DNA of 64,000 nucleotides from an uncultured delta proteobacterium (GTDB lineage Bacteria > Desulfobacterota > Desulfomonilia > UBA1062), in the NCBI GenBank assembly GCA_963785235.1, contig CAWAUM010000007.1:96001-160000 (forward strand), in the 5' to 3' direction. The notes below the pieces were generated by a model that saw nothing but the letters and a program-made list of their open reading frames with translations, did not search any database and had not been told where the DNA came from. The translations under genes were made by a program, and so were the position numbers. Each line of letters begins with the position of its first letter. Position 1 is the first letter of the stretch. Shown piece by piece: positions 38,371 through 50,542 of this stretch.

Positions 38371-40766
38371 ATGAAGAAGACAATTTTTACAACCATAGTA
38401 TGTATACTCATCTTTGCCGGGATAGCATATTCCCGGCAGACCGGCCCGGTAACTCCGGACCCATGGCCCAGGACAGCTGAACTCTCTGGTGTGAAATATA
38501 CCATCTATCAGCCGCAGATTGATTCCTGGGACGGCTTCACCCTCAAGGCCCAGATACTGCCGTGGCAAACAAGCACTAAAACGAGCAGCAGCCGACGTAC
38601 GGTGTTATATTTTTCCAGGCACGGACCCTTGTGGACAGGGACGAGCGCCTCGTCCACTTTGAGGACTTCCGTATCAACGAGGCCAAATTCCCTTCAGCCC
38701 CGGGACATGGCCCAGACCTACCTTGAGCAGACACGGAAAGCCCTTCCCAAGAAGATGAAGTCGGTATCCCTTGACCGGGCCGAGGCGAGCATGGCGATCC
38801 TCGAACAGCAGAAGAAGTCGCAGGTGCTGCCGTTCAAGAACGATCCACCGAAAATCATCTTTTCCTCCAGGCCGTCACTCCTCGTGTTCATAGACGGTGA
38901 ACCCCGCTTTACGCCTGTCAAGGACAGCGACCTGGCCCGGGTACTGAACACCCGCGTCCTCATGCTGAAGGACGCCACCGGCAAACTGTACCTGCACATC
39001 TTTGACGGCTGGATGGAATCGCAGACATTCCAGGGGTCCTGGGGCGTTTCGACCAGCACTCCCAAAGACATCAAAGAAGGCTAATGAGAAGTGGGCCAGG
39101 GAATCGAAGCAGGTGGATTTCCTCGAGGGCGCCGAAGATATCGAGACCAAGAACAAGCTCTGGCTCAAGAAGCTCGCACCTGTTGTCTTTGTCACTCTCG
39201 AACCCGCAGAGCTTATCACGACGGAAGGGGAGCCGAACTTCGTTCCTGTAGAGGGAGGGACGCAGCTTCTTTATGTGAAGAACACCTCGGGTAACATCTT
39301 CAAGAACCTCGTGGACCTGAGAAGACATATATCCTCATCTCCGGCCGGTGGTTCAAGGCGGATTCGTTCGCCGGTCCCTGGCAGTACGTCCCTGGAAACG
39401 CCCTTCCTGCTGATTTCGCGAAGATCCCCGACGACAGTCCAAAGGAGAACGTGAAGGCCTCGGTGCCGGGTACGCACGAGGCCAAACGAGGCGGTGATCG
39501 CCGCCTCCATTCCCCAGATAGCGAAGATCGACCGGAAGAAGACCACGTTTACTCCCCAGGTCGACGGTGAGCCCAAGCTCAAGCCTATTGAGGGAACGCA
39601 GCTCTCTTATGTAGTAAACAGTTCATATGCCATTATTAAGGTAGACGAGAAATCATGTATGCCTGCGCCAACGGCGTCTGGTTCGTGGCCAAAACCCTCA
39701 AAGGCCCGTGGGCCGTGGCCGATTCCATCCCTGCAGTCATCTACTCCATCCCTCCGGGGTCATCGCTCTACTACGTGACGTGGGTGCGCATTTACACGGC
39801 CACGCCGGAGTATGTGTATGTCGGCTATACGTCGGGATACTACGGCTCATAGTAACGGCCTATATATGTTGTGGTCCATGGCACCGGTTACTATTATGAC
39901 CCCTGGTATGGAACGTACTGGTACGGGTCTCCGGTCACCTACGGGTATGGCTCGTCCATGTGCTGGACTCCCTGGTACGGATGGAGCTACGGTTATGGCT
40001 ACTGGTGGCACGCATGGTGCTATCATCCCCCTCCACCGTACTGGGGCCCTTACTATGGCTGGGCCTATAACTCTTCAGGGGGCGTTACCGCCTGGGGGCC
40101 CGGCGGATGGGCGAGCACTACGGGCAAAGTGTATCACCAGCAGGGAAGCGTATCTGCAGTAACCAGGGGTTCATCGGGCTATAACGCCTACACCGGCAAT
40201 GAGTGGTCCAGGAAGTACGGCATGGCATACAACTCCACAACGGGCACACTGGCAACCGGCCGCCAGGGATCGGTGGAGAACGTCTATACCGGCGGGTATG
40301 CCACAGGCAAGGCAGGGACAGGCGTATTCACCGTCCAAGGATGTAGCGGTGTCGGGCAAGAAGCTGACCGTAGGCAACGAGAACACGGGCAAGGAAGTGA
40401 CGGCAGGAAGGATAACGATCAAGGGCCCGGACGGCCAGACAGGTTCGGCTGCAGGCATCGAGGGTGAGCAGGGCTCGGTCGGCCGTGTGGGAGACAGTGC
40501 CTTTGCCACGAAAGACGGGAACGTCTATGTAAACAAGGGCGGTGAAGGCTGGAATGAGGTAACGCGCCCTGAGGGAACGCCGCAGGTTCAGACGCAGCAA
40601 TTACGGCAGAACCTCGACCGCGAACAACAGGCACGCGATATGGGGCAGCAGCGCGCCAGCAGTTTCCAGACAAGCCCGGCCAGCCGGAGGCTGGGGCGCA
40701 TCGGGTTCAAGGCCATCTGGAGGTAGAAGCTTCGGAGGTGGTGGCGGCGGAGGAAGGCGCCGGTGA
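38371..40766 (+). CDS. Large secreted hypothetical protein with a Tyr/Trp/Gly-rich region and Gly/Arg tail, multiple frameshifts
   Basis: Signal peptide, WPR...IYQPQIDSW, PPKIIFS, GPW motifs, GYTSGYYG, C-terminal GGGGGRRR. Consecutive + strand fragments. Confidence 0.65.
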
Positions 40767-40824
40767 CAGGAAGGCCGTGTCGTAAGGCCTTCGCCCGTAT
40801 TCTCGATCCTGCCGGGTGCGACGT

Positions 40825-40995
40825 TGTCCGTCTCGAAGACCATGGACATCCTGATGAAAGGGCGCGGCAGCCACTTTGACCCGGAAGATACCGATGCGTT
40901 CATGAAGATAACCTAAGCTGCTCTTTGAACAGTACGGAAGCTAAGATGACGGCCGGACGCGTAAAGATATGAATGGCATTATCGACTAATAGTAC
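40825..40995 (+). pseudogene. Remnant of an HD-GYP domain C-terminus
   Basis: Translates as KTMDILMKGRGSHFDPEDTDAFMKI (G..FDP motif) followed by stops; no N-terminal part is present. Confidence 0.5.
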
Positions 40996-41094
40996 AAGGC
41001 CGACCTAGCGACGTTTCTTGACTGAGGATCAGGGGTCGTTATATTTTGAAGTATAGGATGTGAGATCGTATTATATACAAGATGGAGGGAGACT

Positions 41095-43519
41095 ATGAAA
41101 AGGAAAACTGCATATAGTGTGTTCGGCCTTGCGCTGGGCACGGCGTGCGCCGCAACAGCCGCAGCGCAGACAGAGCCGGATCGCACGGCGCTGCCGATCC
41201 CGGAGCCGCAGATCCCGCACAGCACCGTGCTCGATGTCCGGAATGCCACGCCGCCGCCGCGGTTCGAGGTCAAGGCGCCGGCCGGCGCCCCGAACGTGCT
41301 CATCGTCCTGATCGACGACATGGGGTTCGGCCAGTCCAGCGCCTTCGGCGGGCCCATCAACATGCCGACCGCGGACGCCTGGCCAACGACGGCCTCCGGT
41401 ACAACAGTTCCACACCACGGCCCTGTGCTCGCCGACCCGGGCGGCGCTGCTCACCGGCCGCAATCACCACACGAACAACACGGGCTCGATCACGGAGACC
41501 GCCACGGCCTTCCCGGGCAACACCGGCCAGCGTCCCGACAGCGTGGCCCCGCTGGCGACGATGCTGCGGTACAACGGCTACTACCACCGCCGCCTTCGGC
41601 AAGAACCACGAGACCGCCGCCTGGGAAGTCAGCCCTTCCGGCCCGACCGACCGCTGGCCGACCCGCAGCGGCTTCGACAAGTTCTACGGCTTCATGGGCG
41701 GCGAGACGAACCAGTGGGCGCCGGCCATCTATGACGGCATGACCAAGGTCGAGGTGCCGAAGGACCCGAACTACCACTTCATGACCGACATGACGAACCA
41801 GGCGATCAAGTGGATGCAGTCGGTGAAGTCCCTGACGCCGGACAAGCCGTTCTTCATCTACTTCGCGCCGGGCGCGACCCATGCGCCGCACCATGTGCCC
41901 AAGGAATGGATCGCCAAGTACAAGGGCAAGTTCGACCAGGGCTGGGACAAGCTGCGGGAAGAGACCCTCGCCCGCCAGATCAAGCTGGGCGTGGTGCCTG
42001 CAGGCACGAAGCTGGCGCCCAAGCCGGCAGCCATCAAGGACTGGGACAAGCTGAGCGGCTGACGAGAAGAAGCTCTTTGCCCGCCAGATGGAGGTGTTCG
42101 CCGGCTTCGGCGAGTACACCGACACCGAGATCGGCCGGCTCGTCGACGCCATCGCGCGACATGGGCCAGCTCGACAACACGCTGATCTTCTACATCGTCG
42201 GCGACAACGGCGCCAGCGCCGAAGGCGGCATGAACGGCATGTTCAACGAGATGACCTACTTCAACGGCGTGCAGGAAACGGTCGCAGGACATCCTGAAGC
42301 ACTACGACGAACTGGGCGGCCCGAACACCTACGGCCACTATGCCGCCGGCTGGGCCGTTGCCGGCGACACGCCGTTCACCTGGACCAAGCAGGTTGCCTC
42401 GAGCTACGGCGGAACGCGCAACGGCATGGTCGTCCACTGGCCCAAGGGCATCAAGGCCAAGGGCGAGGTCCGTTCGCAGTGGCACCACGTCATCGATATC
42501 GCCCCCACGATCCTGGAGGCCGCCGGCCTGCCGGAGCCGAAGGTGGTGAACGGCATTCCCCAGACCCCCATCGAAGGCGTGAGCATGCTGTACACCTTCA
42601 ATGACGCCAAGGCCAAGGACCGCCACCTGACCCAGTACTTCGAGATCTTCGGCAACCGCGCCATCTACCACGACGGCTGGCTTGCCGGCACCGTGCACAG
42701 GGCGCCCTGGGAGCCGAAGCCGCGGGCTGCCGCTCGAGGAGGACACCTGGGAACTCTACGACACCCGGACCGACTTCAGCCTGGCCAACGACCTGGCGAA
42801 ACAGAACCCGGAAAAGCTCAAGGAGATGCAGGACCTGTTCATGAAGGAAGCGGTGAAGTACAACGTGCTGCCCATCGATGACCGCGCTTTCGAGCGCATG
42901 AACGCGGCACTCGTCGGCCGGCCCGACCTGATGGCCGGCCGCACATCGCTGACGGTTTACGAGGGCATGATCGGCATGTCCGAGAACGTGTTCATCAACA
43001 CCAAGAACCGCTCCCACACGATCACGGCCGAGGTCACGATTCCCAAAGGCGGCGCCAAGGGCGTGATCCTTGCCCAGGCCGGGCGGTTCGGCGGCTGGAG
43101 CCTGTACCTGAAGGACGGCAAGCCGACCTACACCTACAACTTCCTGGGGCTGAAGCGCTTCACCATCGCCGCCGAGAAGGCCGTGCCTGCCGGAAAGGCG
43201 ACGATCCGCTACGAGTTCGCCTATGACGGCGGCGGCCTGGGCAAGGGCGGCATGGGAACGATCTTCGTCAATGGCGAGAAGGTCGCCGAAGGCCGGATCG
43301 AGCAGACGCAGCCGATGATCTTCTCGGCCGACGAGGGGCCGATGTCGGCGAGGACGGCGAGACGCCGGTCGTCGAGGACTATGGGATCCCGGCGCCCTAC
43401 AAGTTCACCGGCAAGATCGACAAGGTCACCGTTGACCTGAAGGAAATGAAGACGGCTGAAAATGAGCAGGAGACAAAGCCCGCGCGGAAGCCGCGCATAA
43501 GAAGGCGCTGTCGGACTAA
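41095..43519 (+). CDS. Cys-type arylsulfatase (secreted), multiple frameshifts
   Basis: [28 protein letters not shown] (CxPxR), [28 protein letters not shown] and a C-terminal beta domain. Confidence 0.92.
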
Positions 43520-43538
43520 GTGACATGAAATCATGCAG

Positions 43539-43568
43539 GGAGGAAAGGGCATCACGCTCTTTCCTCCC
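43539..43568. terminator. Intergenic hairpin
   Basis: ggaggaaagggc-atcac-gctctttcctcc. Confidence 0.4.
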
Positions 43569-43640
43569 GAGCAGTTCTTGAGTTCAAGAGCCTGATAAGG
43601 TCGGACACGATACTGACAAACAATGAAGGAGCAATAGACA

Positions 43641-45153
43641 ATGAGAAGAACATGCATGCTTAAAGCGGTCCTTGCGGCCGTGATGCTCGTCAGCCTTGCG
43701 CTGCCGGGCTTGGGCAGAGTCGCCCAAGATGAAGATGACCACGAAGATCCCGCCGGGCATCGAGTCGCCGGACAAGGTGGAAACCCGCCTCGGCACGCTG
43801 AAGTTCTTCGACGGGTTCCCGGACGAGGCCAGCGTCGAGAAGCTCTACGACAACCTGGACTTCCAGCGCGCCGTGCAGGCCTACCTGCTTGGGCTGGCGC
43901 CGGTGAGCCAGGTGGCGAATCGCAAGGGGATCCTCGAGGTGGGCCCGGCCAACACGACCGTGCCGATCTTCGAGACGATGATGAACGCACGGTCGATCTT
44001 CCTTACCCCGAACAACAACACGCCTTACACCTGGTTCTGGCTCGACCTGCATGGCGGCCCTCTGGTCCTCGAGGTTCCGCCGAAGGTCCTCGGGTTGATC
44101 GACGACATGTGGTATCACTTTGTCACCGATGTGGGCATGGTGGGGCCCGACAAGGGCGAGGGCGGCAAGTATCTGCTCCTTCCCCCCGGTTATAAAGGCG
44201 AGGTCCCGCAGGGCTACTTTGTCGTGCGGCCGGCGACGTTCAGTGTCTGGGCCGCGTGGCGCACATTTCTGGAGAACGGCGACCCGAAACCGGGCGTGGA
44301 CAGGGTGAAGAAGTTCACGAAGATCTACCCGCTGTCCCAGGCTGCCAATCCGCCGGCATTGAATTTCGTCAACGTTTCCGGCAGGGATTTCTGCACCGAT
44401 GCCCCGGCGGATTATCCTTTCTGGGAATATCTCAACCAGGTGGTTCAGGAGGAGCCGACCGAGTCGATCGACCCGGTTACACTGGGCTTTTATGCCTCCA
44501 TTGGAATCCAGAAGGGCAAGCCCTTCGCACCCGATGCCAGGATGAAGAAGATCCTGACCGAAGCCGCAGCCGTGGGCGACGCAACCGCACGTGCCATCAC
44601 GTTCCGGATGCGCTTCAAGGAGGCGTACTACTACCCGAACAGCGCGTGGCGCGGCGGGTTCATCGGCGGGTATAAGTTCGAGGACAACGGTGCGCTCATC
44701 CTCGATGCTTATTCATCCTTCTTCTTCTATGCCACCGGCGTAACACCGGCCATGGATTCGAAGATGGTCGGACAAGGGTCGCAATATATGGCGGCATTCG
44801 TCGACTCCAAGGGCAAGCCGCTCGATGGAGGCAAGAACTACAAGCTTCACCTGCCTCCCAATATCCCGGTCGCCAACTTCTGGTCGGTGATCCTCTACGA
44901 CAACCAGACCCGCTCGATGCTCCAGAACGACCAGCAGTGGCCGGCTGTCAGCAGCCAGACCAAAGGGCTCATGGTCAATCCGGACAGTTCGGTGGACGTC
45001 TATTTCGGACCGAAGCCTCCGAAAGGCAAGGAGAACAACTGGGTGCAGACCATCCCCGGCAAGGGCTGGAACACGCTCCTGCGCCTGTATGGCCCGCTCC
45101 AACCGTGGTTCGACAAGACCTGGCGGCCGGGTGAGATCGAGCTGGTGAAATAA
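43641..45153 (+). CDS. DUF1254/DUF1214 exported protein, frameshift in the signal region
   Basis: TRLGTLKFFDGFP, LTPNNNTPY, GPDKGEGGKYLLLPPGY, FWSVILYD, LRLYGP, WRPGEIE. Confidence 0.88.
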
Positions 45154-45173
45154 GGAAACAGTCAGTGTGAAGG

Positions 45174-45200
45174 AGGAGCAGCCCCGGCAAGGCTGTTCCT
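45174..45200. terminator. Intergenic hairpin
   Basis: aggagcagcc-ccggcaa-ggctgttcct. Confidence 0.4.
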
Positions 45201-45296
45201 CCCCACAGATCGGTTCTCCGGATGGGAGAACGGTATCACCAAAGGAACGATTGAGAGATTGCTGTGAATGTCTAAGAAGGAATTACAGATGGGTTC

Positions 45297-46181
45297 ATGG
45301 TATTCGGCAAGGGTCGCATTCCTTGTATGCATGACCCTTGCACTGTTCTGGGGAACCCCGCAGTCAGCTTCGAAGTCAGGAGCGAATACATCCCGGCAGT
45401 GCAGGGAAGTGCACTGAGCGCAGAGCAGGTCCTTGCGGATCCCGGCATCCTCCACCAGCGTTTGAGGCTCAAGAACCCTGATTACAATGGCCAGGCTCAG
45501 TTTGCTTCAGACCCTGCACTGGGTCTGGTGGCCGACTTCACGGGCTCAAAGATATCGGACCTCTCGGGACTGGCCGGTATCCCATTCAATGCCCTGGACC
45601 TCAGGGGCCAGCCCGTCTCAGACCTGAAGCCGCTTAAAGGCATGCCGCTCAGGATCCTGGGCATTGAAGACACACGGGTGGCAGACCTGACGCCTGTAAA
45701 GGGCATGAAGCTGGAAAAGCTCTATCTGAACAACGCCCCCATCAGCGATCTGAGGCCGCTTAACGGCATGCCGCTCAAGGAGCTGATGCTGTCGGGCACA
45801 AAGGTGAAAGACCTCAAGCCCCTTCATGGCGCACCGTTGCAGGAGCTCTGGCTGAACAACACACCGGTGAGCGACATATCATCCCTTGCCGGGTGTCCGC
45901 TGATAAGCCTCACCCTGGAAGGGACAAAGGTGGATGACCTGAGGCCGCTTTCGAAGATGACAAGCCTGAAGCGGCTGCATATAGGCAACACACCGGTGAG
46001 CGACATCTCCCCCCTTAAGATGTTGAAGCTTGAGCGGCTGATCTTTACGCCAAAGAACATCCACAAGGGACTCTCTGTCGCACGGAACATGAAGACTCTT
46101 ATGGAGGTGGGCACCACGCTCGAAACGCGGATGCCTCCGGAACAGTTCTGGTCGCGCTATGACCGGAAGAAAGGGGAATGA
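45297..46181 (+). CDS. Leucine-rich repeat protein (start uncertain)
   Basis: About 8 tandem 21-aa repeats of the type VSDLxPLxGMPLxxLxLxxT. Confidence 0.85.
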   Translation: MVFGKGRIPCMHDPCTVLGNPAVSFEVRSEYIPAVQGSALSAEQVLADPGILHQRLRLKNPDYNGQAQFASDPALGLVADFTGSKISDLSGLAGIPFNALDLRGQPVSDLKPLKGMPLRILGIEDTRVADLTPVKGMKLEKLYLNNAPISDLRPLNGMPLKELMLSGTKVKDLKPLHGAPLQELWLNNTPVSDISSLAGCPLISLTLEGTKVDDLRPLSKMTSLKRLHIGNTPVSDISPLKMLKLERLIFTPKNIHKGLSVARNMKTLMEVGTTLETRMPPEQFWSRYDRKKGE

Positions 46182-46184
46182 ATC

Positions 46185-46325
46185 ATGGCGGTAAAATCCA
46201 AAAGCGGCAAAGAAGAAAAGAAGCGGCTTGAGGCTACACGTACGGATAACGTTCCCTGGAGAAAGTGGGGGCACTACCTTTCTGAACGGCAGTGGGCAAC
46301 GCCCCTCAGCCGTTCCGGGCAATAG
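46185..46325 (+). pseudogene. 5' fragment of a GH63 glucosidase gene
   Basis: [39 protein letters not shown] then unrelated sequence and TAG; the DNA resembles 47559..47648. Confidence 0.8.
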
Positions 46326-46497
46326 TACAAGGTGAAATGAGGCAAGCGATATGTGGATGACCAGACTCGTCCCGAAAGTCTACCTGGCAGCCCTATGCAG
46401 GGTGCTGAACGGCTGTGTGGTCTTCGGACCGACCACCATCAACCGGAACCGGTCAGATTACACGGCCGAGGAAAACCACCATGGTGGTGGCGCTTGG

Positions 46498-47436
46498 ATG
46501 AGTACTCAAAAACGGATGCTTGCTCTGTTCATAGGGCTGCTTCCTGTGCTGCTCAGCGGGCTCGTGCTCCAGGCCGTGCAGGCCCAGGCCGGTGAAATCG
46601 AGCCAAGGTCCTATGTCAATACGCCGGTGGGGGTCAATTTCCTGATCGCCGGGTATGCCTATTCGGATGGCGGTCTGGCAACATCGGGTTCGTCACCGCT
46701 CAAGGACGCCAATCTCACGATGCATACCTTCATTCTGGCCTATGCCCGGTCATTGGACATCCTGGGCAGTTCAGGAAAGTTCGATGTCATCGTGCCCTAT
46801 TCCGACCTGTCGGGAAACGCGAAGGTTGCAGGTCAAAGGCGCGAACGTAACATCTCGGGATTAAACGATCCGCGCTTCCGGTTCTCGGTCAATTTTTATG
46901 GCGCTCCTGCGCTTTCAGTGCAGGAGTTTCCCACGTACCGGCAGGATTTGATTATCGGTGCAAGCGTCCAGGTTTCCGCGCCGCTCGGTCAGTATGACCC
47001 GCAAAAACTCGTGAACCTCGGAAATAACCGCTGGTTTGTCAAGCCCGACCTGGGCATCTCCAAAACCTGGGGTGATTTTACCCTTGAACTTTCCACAGGA
47101 GGGACGTTTTTCACGGAAAATGACGACTACTTCGGCGGCAATAAACTGAAACAGGACCCGGTTTCCACCACGCAGCTGCATGCTACGTACAGCTTTGACC
47201 AAGGTATCTGGGCTGCATTGAGCGGTACGTATGATTACGGCGGACGCACAACCGTAAACGGGGTGGAAAACGACGATCTGCAGCAAAATCTGCGCATGGG
47301 AGCCACTCTGGCAGCGTCCGTAAACCGTAACAATTCAATCAAACTCTACGCCAGCACAGGCGTGCATACCAGTATCGGGACTGATTACGATCTTTTCGGC
47401 ATTGTCTGGCAGTATCGCTGGGGTGGAGGATTATAG
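46498..47436 (+). CDS. Outer-membrane barrel, MetA-pathway/phenol degradation (COG4313-like) family
   Basis: Signal peptide, [37 protein letters not shown], terminal WQYRWG. Confidence 0.75.
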   Translation: MSTQKRMLALFIGLLPVLLSGLVLQAVQAQAGEIEPRSYVNTPVGVNFLIAGYAYSDGGLATSGSSPLKDANLTMHTFILAYARSLDILGSSGKFDVIVPYSDLSGNAKVAGQRRERNISGLNDPRFRFSVNFYGAPALSVQEFPTYRQDLIIGASVQVSAPLGQYDPQKLVNLGNNRWFVKPDLGISKTWGDFTLELSTGGTFFTENDDYFGGNKLKQDPVSTTQLHATYSFDQGIWAALSGTYDYGGRTTVNGVENDDLQQNLRMGATLAASVNRNNSIKLYASTGVHTSIGTDYDLFGIVWQYRWGGGL

Positions 47437-47546
47437 GTGCATTGGGTTTACGGAGGAAACCCAACAACCAACTGATGGTGGACGGCTTGCGTACAAGAAA
47501 TCCGTTGTCGGTGACGGAACAAAGACTGAAGCAGGGGAGGAATACC

Positions 47547-50295
47547 ATGAACTCTCACGAAGAAAAGAAACGGCTCGAGGCTGCGCGCACGGATAACGTT
47601 CCCTGGAGGAAGTGGGGGCCCTACCTGAGTGAGCGTCAGTGGGGCACGGTGCGGGAGGACTACAGCGTAGACGGCGACGCCTGGAATTTCTTCACCCACG
47701 ATCATGCCCGCTCGCGTGCCTACCGCTGGGGGGAGGACGGTATCGCCGGAATATCGGATGACAAGCAGCACCTCTGCTTCGCGCTCGCCCTGTGGAACGG
47801 CAAGGACCCCATCTTGAAGGAGCGGCTCTTCGGATTGACCAACAGCCAGGCCAACCACGGCGAGGATGTGAAGGAGTACTACTTCTACCTGGACAGCACA
47901 CCCACCCATTCCTATATGAAATATCTCTACAAGTACCCCCAGGCGGCTTATCCCTATGAAGATCTCGTCAGGACGAACGGACACAGGACTCGCGAAGAGA
48001 TGGAGTATGAACTCCTGGACACCGGCGTCTTCAATGACGACCGCTACTTCGACGTCTTCGTGGAGTACGCCAAAGATGGTGCCGAAGACATCCTCGTGCG
48101 GATCACGGCGGCCAACCGGGGACCGGAAGGCGGCAGATCTGCATCTCCTGCCCACCCTGTGGTTCAGGAACGACTGGTCAGAGTGGATTGCCGAGTCCAA
48201 CAGATCCCCCGAGAAACCAATCCTCAAGCAGGTCAAGGCACTGGGTGGAGCGAGTACGGTTGAGGCCATGCATCCGCTGCTGGGGAAATACACCCTTTCT
48301 TGTGAGGGCGAGGTTCCTCTCCTCTTCTGCGAGAACGAAACTAACCATGAGCGGCTTTTCCCCGGACAGAAGAACGAGAGCCCCTACGTCAAGGACGGCA
48401 TCAACAACTATGTGGTGCAGGGCAGGCTAGACGAGGTAAATCTTGGCAAGCAGGGCACCAAGGTTGCGGCGCACTACCATGTCAATGTCGGCGCGGGTAA
48501 GACCGCAGTGATCCGCTTGCGGCTCTCCAGCAGTGGTCCTGACCAGTTGGGCAAACCCTTTGGAAAGCAGTTTGATGAAGTCTTCGCTAACAGGCTTCGT
48601 GAAGCCGATGAGTTCTACAAGTCAGTCACCCCGCCGTCAGTGAGTGAAGACAAGGCAAACGTCATGCGCCAGGCCATCGCCGGCATGCTCTGGAGCAAAC
48701 AGTTCTTCTTCTTCGACGGCGACAACTGGCTGGACGAGCACAACTCCAACCCGCTTCATTCCGGATATCGCAACGCCCGGAACTCGGAGTGGTTCCACAT
48801 GCTCAACGAGGACATCATATCCATGCCCGACAAGTGGGAGTACCCCTGGTACGCGGCCTGGGACCTGGCCTTCCACACGCTGCCCATCTCCATCGTGGAC
48901 CCTGACTTTGCCAAGGAGCAGATAGAGCTCATGCTCAAAGGCGTCTACCTGCACCCGAGCGGACAGATGCCCGCCTACGAGTGGAACTTCAGCGACGTGA
49001 ACCCTCCGGTCCACGCCTGGGCCACGATCTTCCTGCACCGCACCGAACAGGCTCTGCACGGCGTAACGGATATTGATTTCCTCAAATCTGCCTTCAACAA
49101 GCTGCTGCTGAATTTCACCTGGTGGGTAAACCGCAAGGACCGCTTCGGCAAGAATGTCTTCGAGGGGGGCTTCCTGGGCCTGGACAACATCGGCGTGTTC
49201 GACCGCAGCTCTCCGCTCCCCACCGGCGGCCACCTGGAGCAGGCGGACGGCACGGCGTGGATGGCGCTGTTCAGCCAGAACATGCTGGAGCTCTCCTTCG
49301 AGCTCGCCGAATACGACCCCAGCTACCAGGACATGGTCGTGAAGTTCATGGAGCACTTTGCCTACATCGCCACCGCCATGAACCATCCCGGACCGGACGG
49401 CATGTGGGACGAGGAGGACGGATTCTACTATGACCTGCTGCGGCTCCCCGACGGCAGCGCCACGAGGCTCAAGGTGCGCTCCATGGTGGGGCTGCTGCCG
49501 CTGTGCGCCACCACGATCGTCGAAGCGAAGCAGCGGGAGCGCAACCCGCGTGCCCAGGAACAGCTCATGAAACGCATGCACCGCATGCCCGAGCTTATGA
49601 CTTCCATCCACCCCACGGGACCGGGCCATTTCGGTGTGGCTGAGCGGGGAATTCTGGCGCTCATCAACCCGGAGCGGCTGAGACGGATCCTCTCGAAGAT
49701 GCTCGACGAGAACGAGTTCTTGAGCCCCTACGGCATCCGTTCCCTCTCCAAATTCCACGAGCAGCACCCCTACCTCTTCCATGTACAGGGCCAGGAGTAC
49801 CGGGTGGACTATCTGCCTGCCGAGTCGAACACCGGCATGTTCGGCGGCAACTCCAACTGGAGGGGGCCGGTCTGGATGCCCGTGAATGCGCTGATCATCC
49901 GGGCACTGCTTAACTTCTACCTCTACTACGGCGACAACTTCAAAATCGAATGCCCCACTGGTTCAGGCAGGATGATGAATCTCTTCGAGGTGAGCAAGGA
50001 AATCGCCGAGAGGCTCACCCGGATATTCACCCGTGACGAACACGGCCGCAGGCCCGTCAACGGCGGCACCGAGAAGTTCCAGTCCGATCCCCACTGGCGC
50101 GATCATGTCCTCTTCTACGAATACTTCCACGGCGACAACGGCGCCGGTCTGGGCGCATCACACCAGACGGGGTGGACCGGGCTGGTGGCAAAGATCATTG
50201 AGCTGTACGGATATCTCGATCCCGTCAAGGCCCTTGCTGCAGGCAAGGAAGAGGCATTCAGGCGTGGAGGGTCTGCCGGCAAGTCTAAAAAATGA
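47547..50295 (+). CDS. MGH1-like / GH63-family glucosidase (copy 2), frameshift near 48130
   Basis: Same motifs as copy 1 ([37 protein letters not shown]); RBS ggggagg. Confidence 0.9.
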
Positions 50296-50542
50296 AGCTG
50301 GGAGCCTGCCGGAGAAGGAGCTGAAACATGAACGTGAAAACGGATCACCATTCTCATCTGTGCCCTTGCGGTGTCAGTGCTCATTGTCTGGCTTGACCTG
50401 CCCATTGAGTTTCCCGGGATAATTACCAAGGTGCTCATGCTTTTTGGGAAACTGTTCATCGTCTTAGCCGTGACGAGTTTTGCGTTTGTATTCGCAGGCT
50501 CTAAGAAAAAGCCATCATGAACGAAGGGGCTAAGGTGTCCTC

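Noticed and set aside
45560-46030. Periodic ~63-bp DNA repeats that might be a CRISPR array
   Set aside because: They are degenerate in-frame leucine-rich repeats. There are no identical repeats with unique spacers and no cas genes.
50327-50525. Short hydrophobic ORF between the GH63 gene and the sulfatase maturase
   Set aside because: It has an RBS-like sequence but is short, possibly frameshifted and has no recognisable motif, so support is insufficient.
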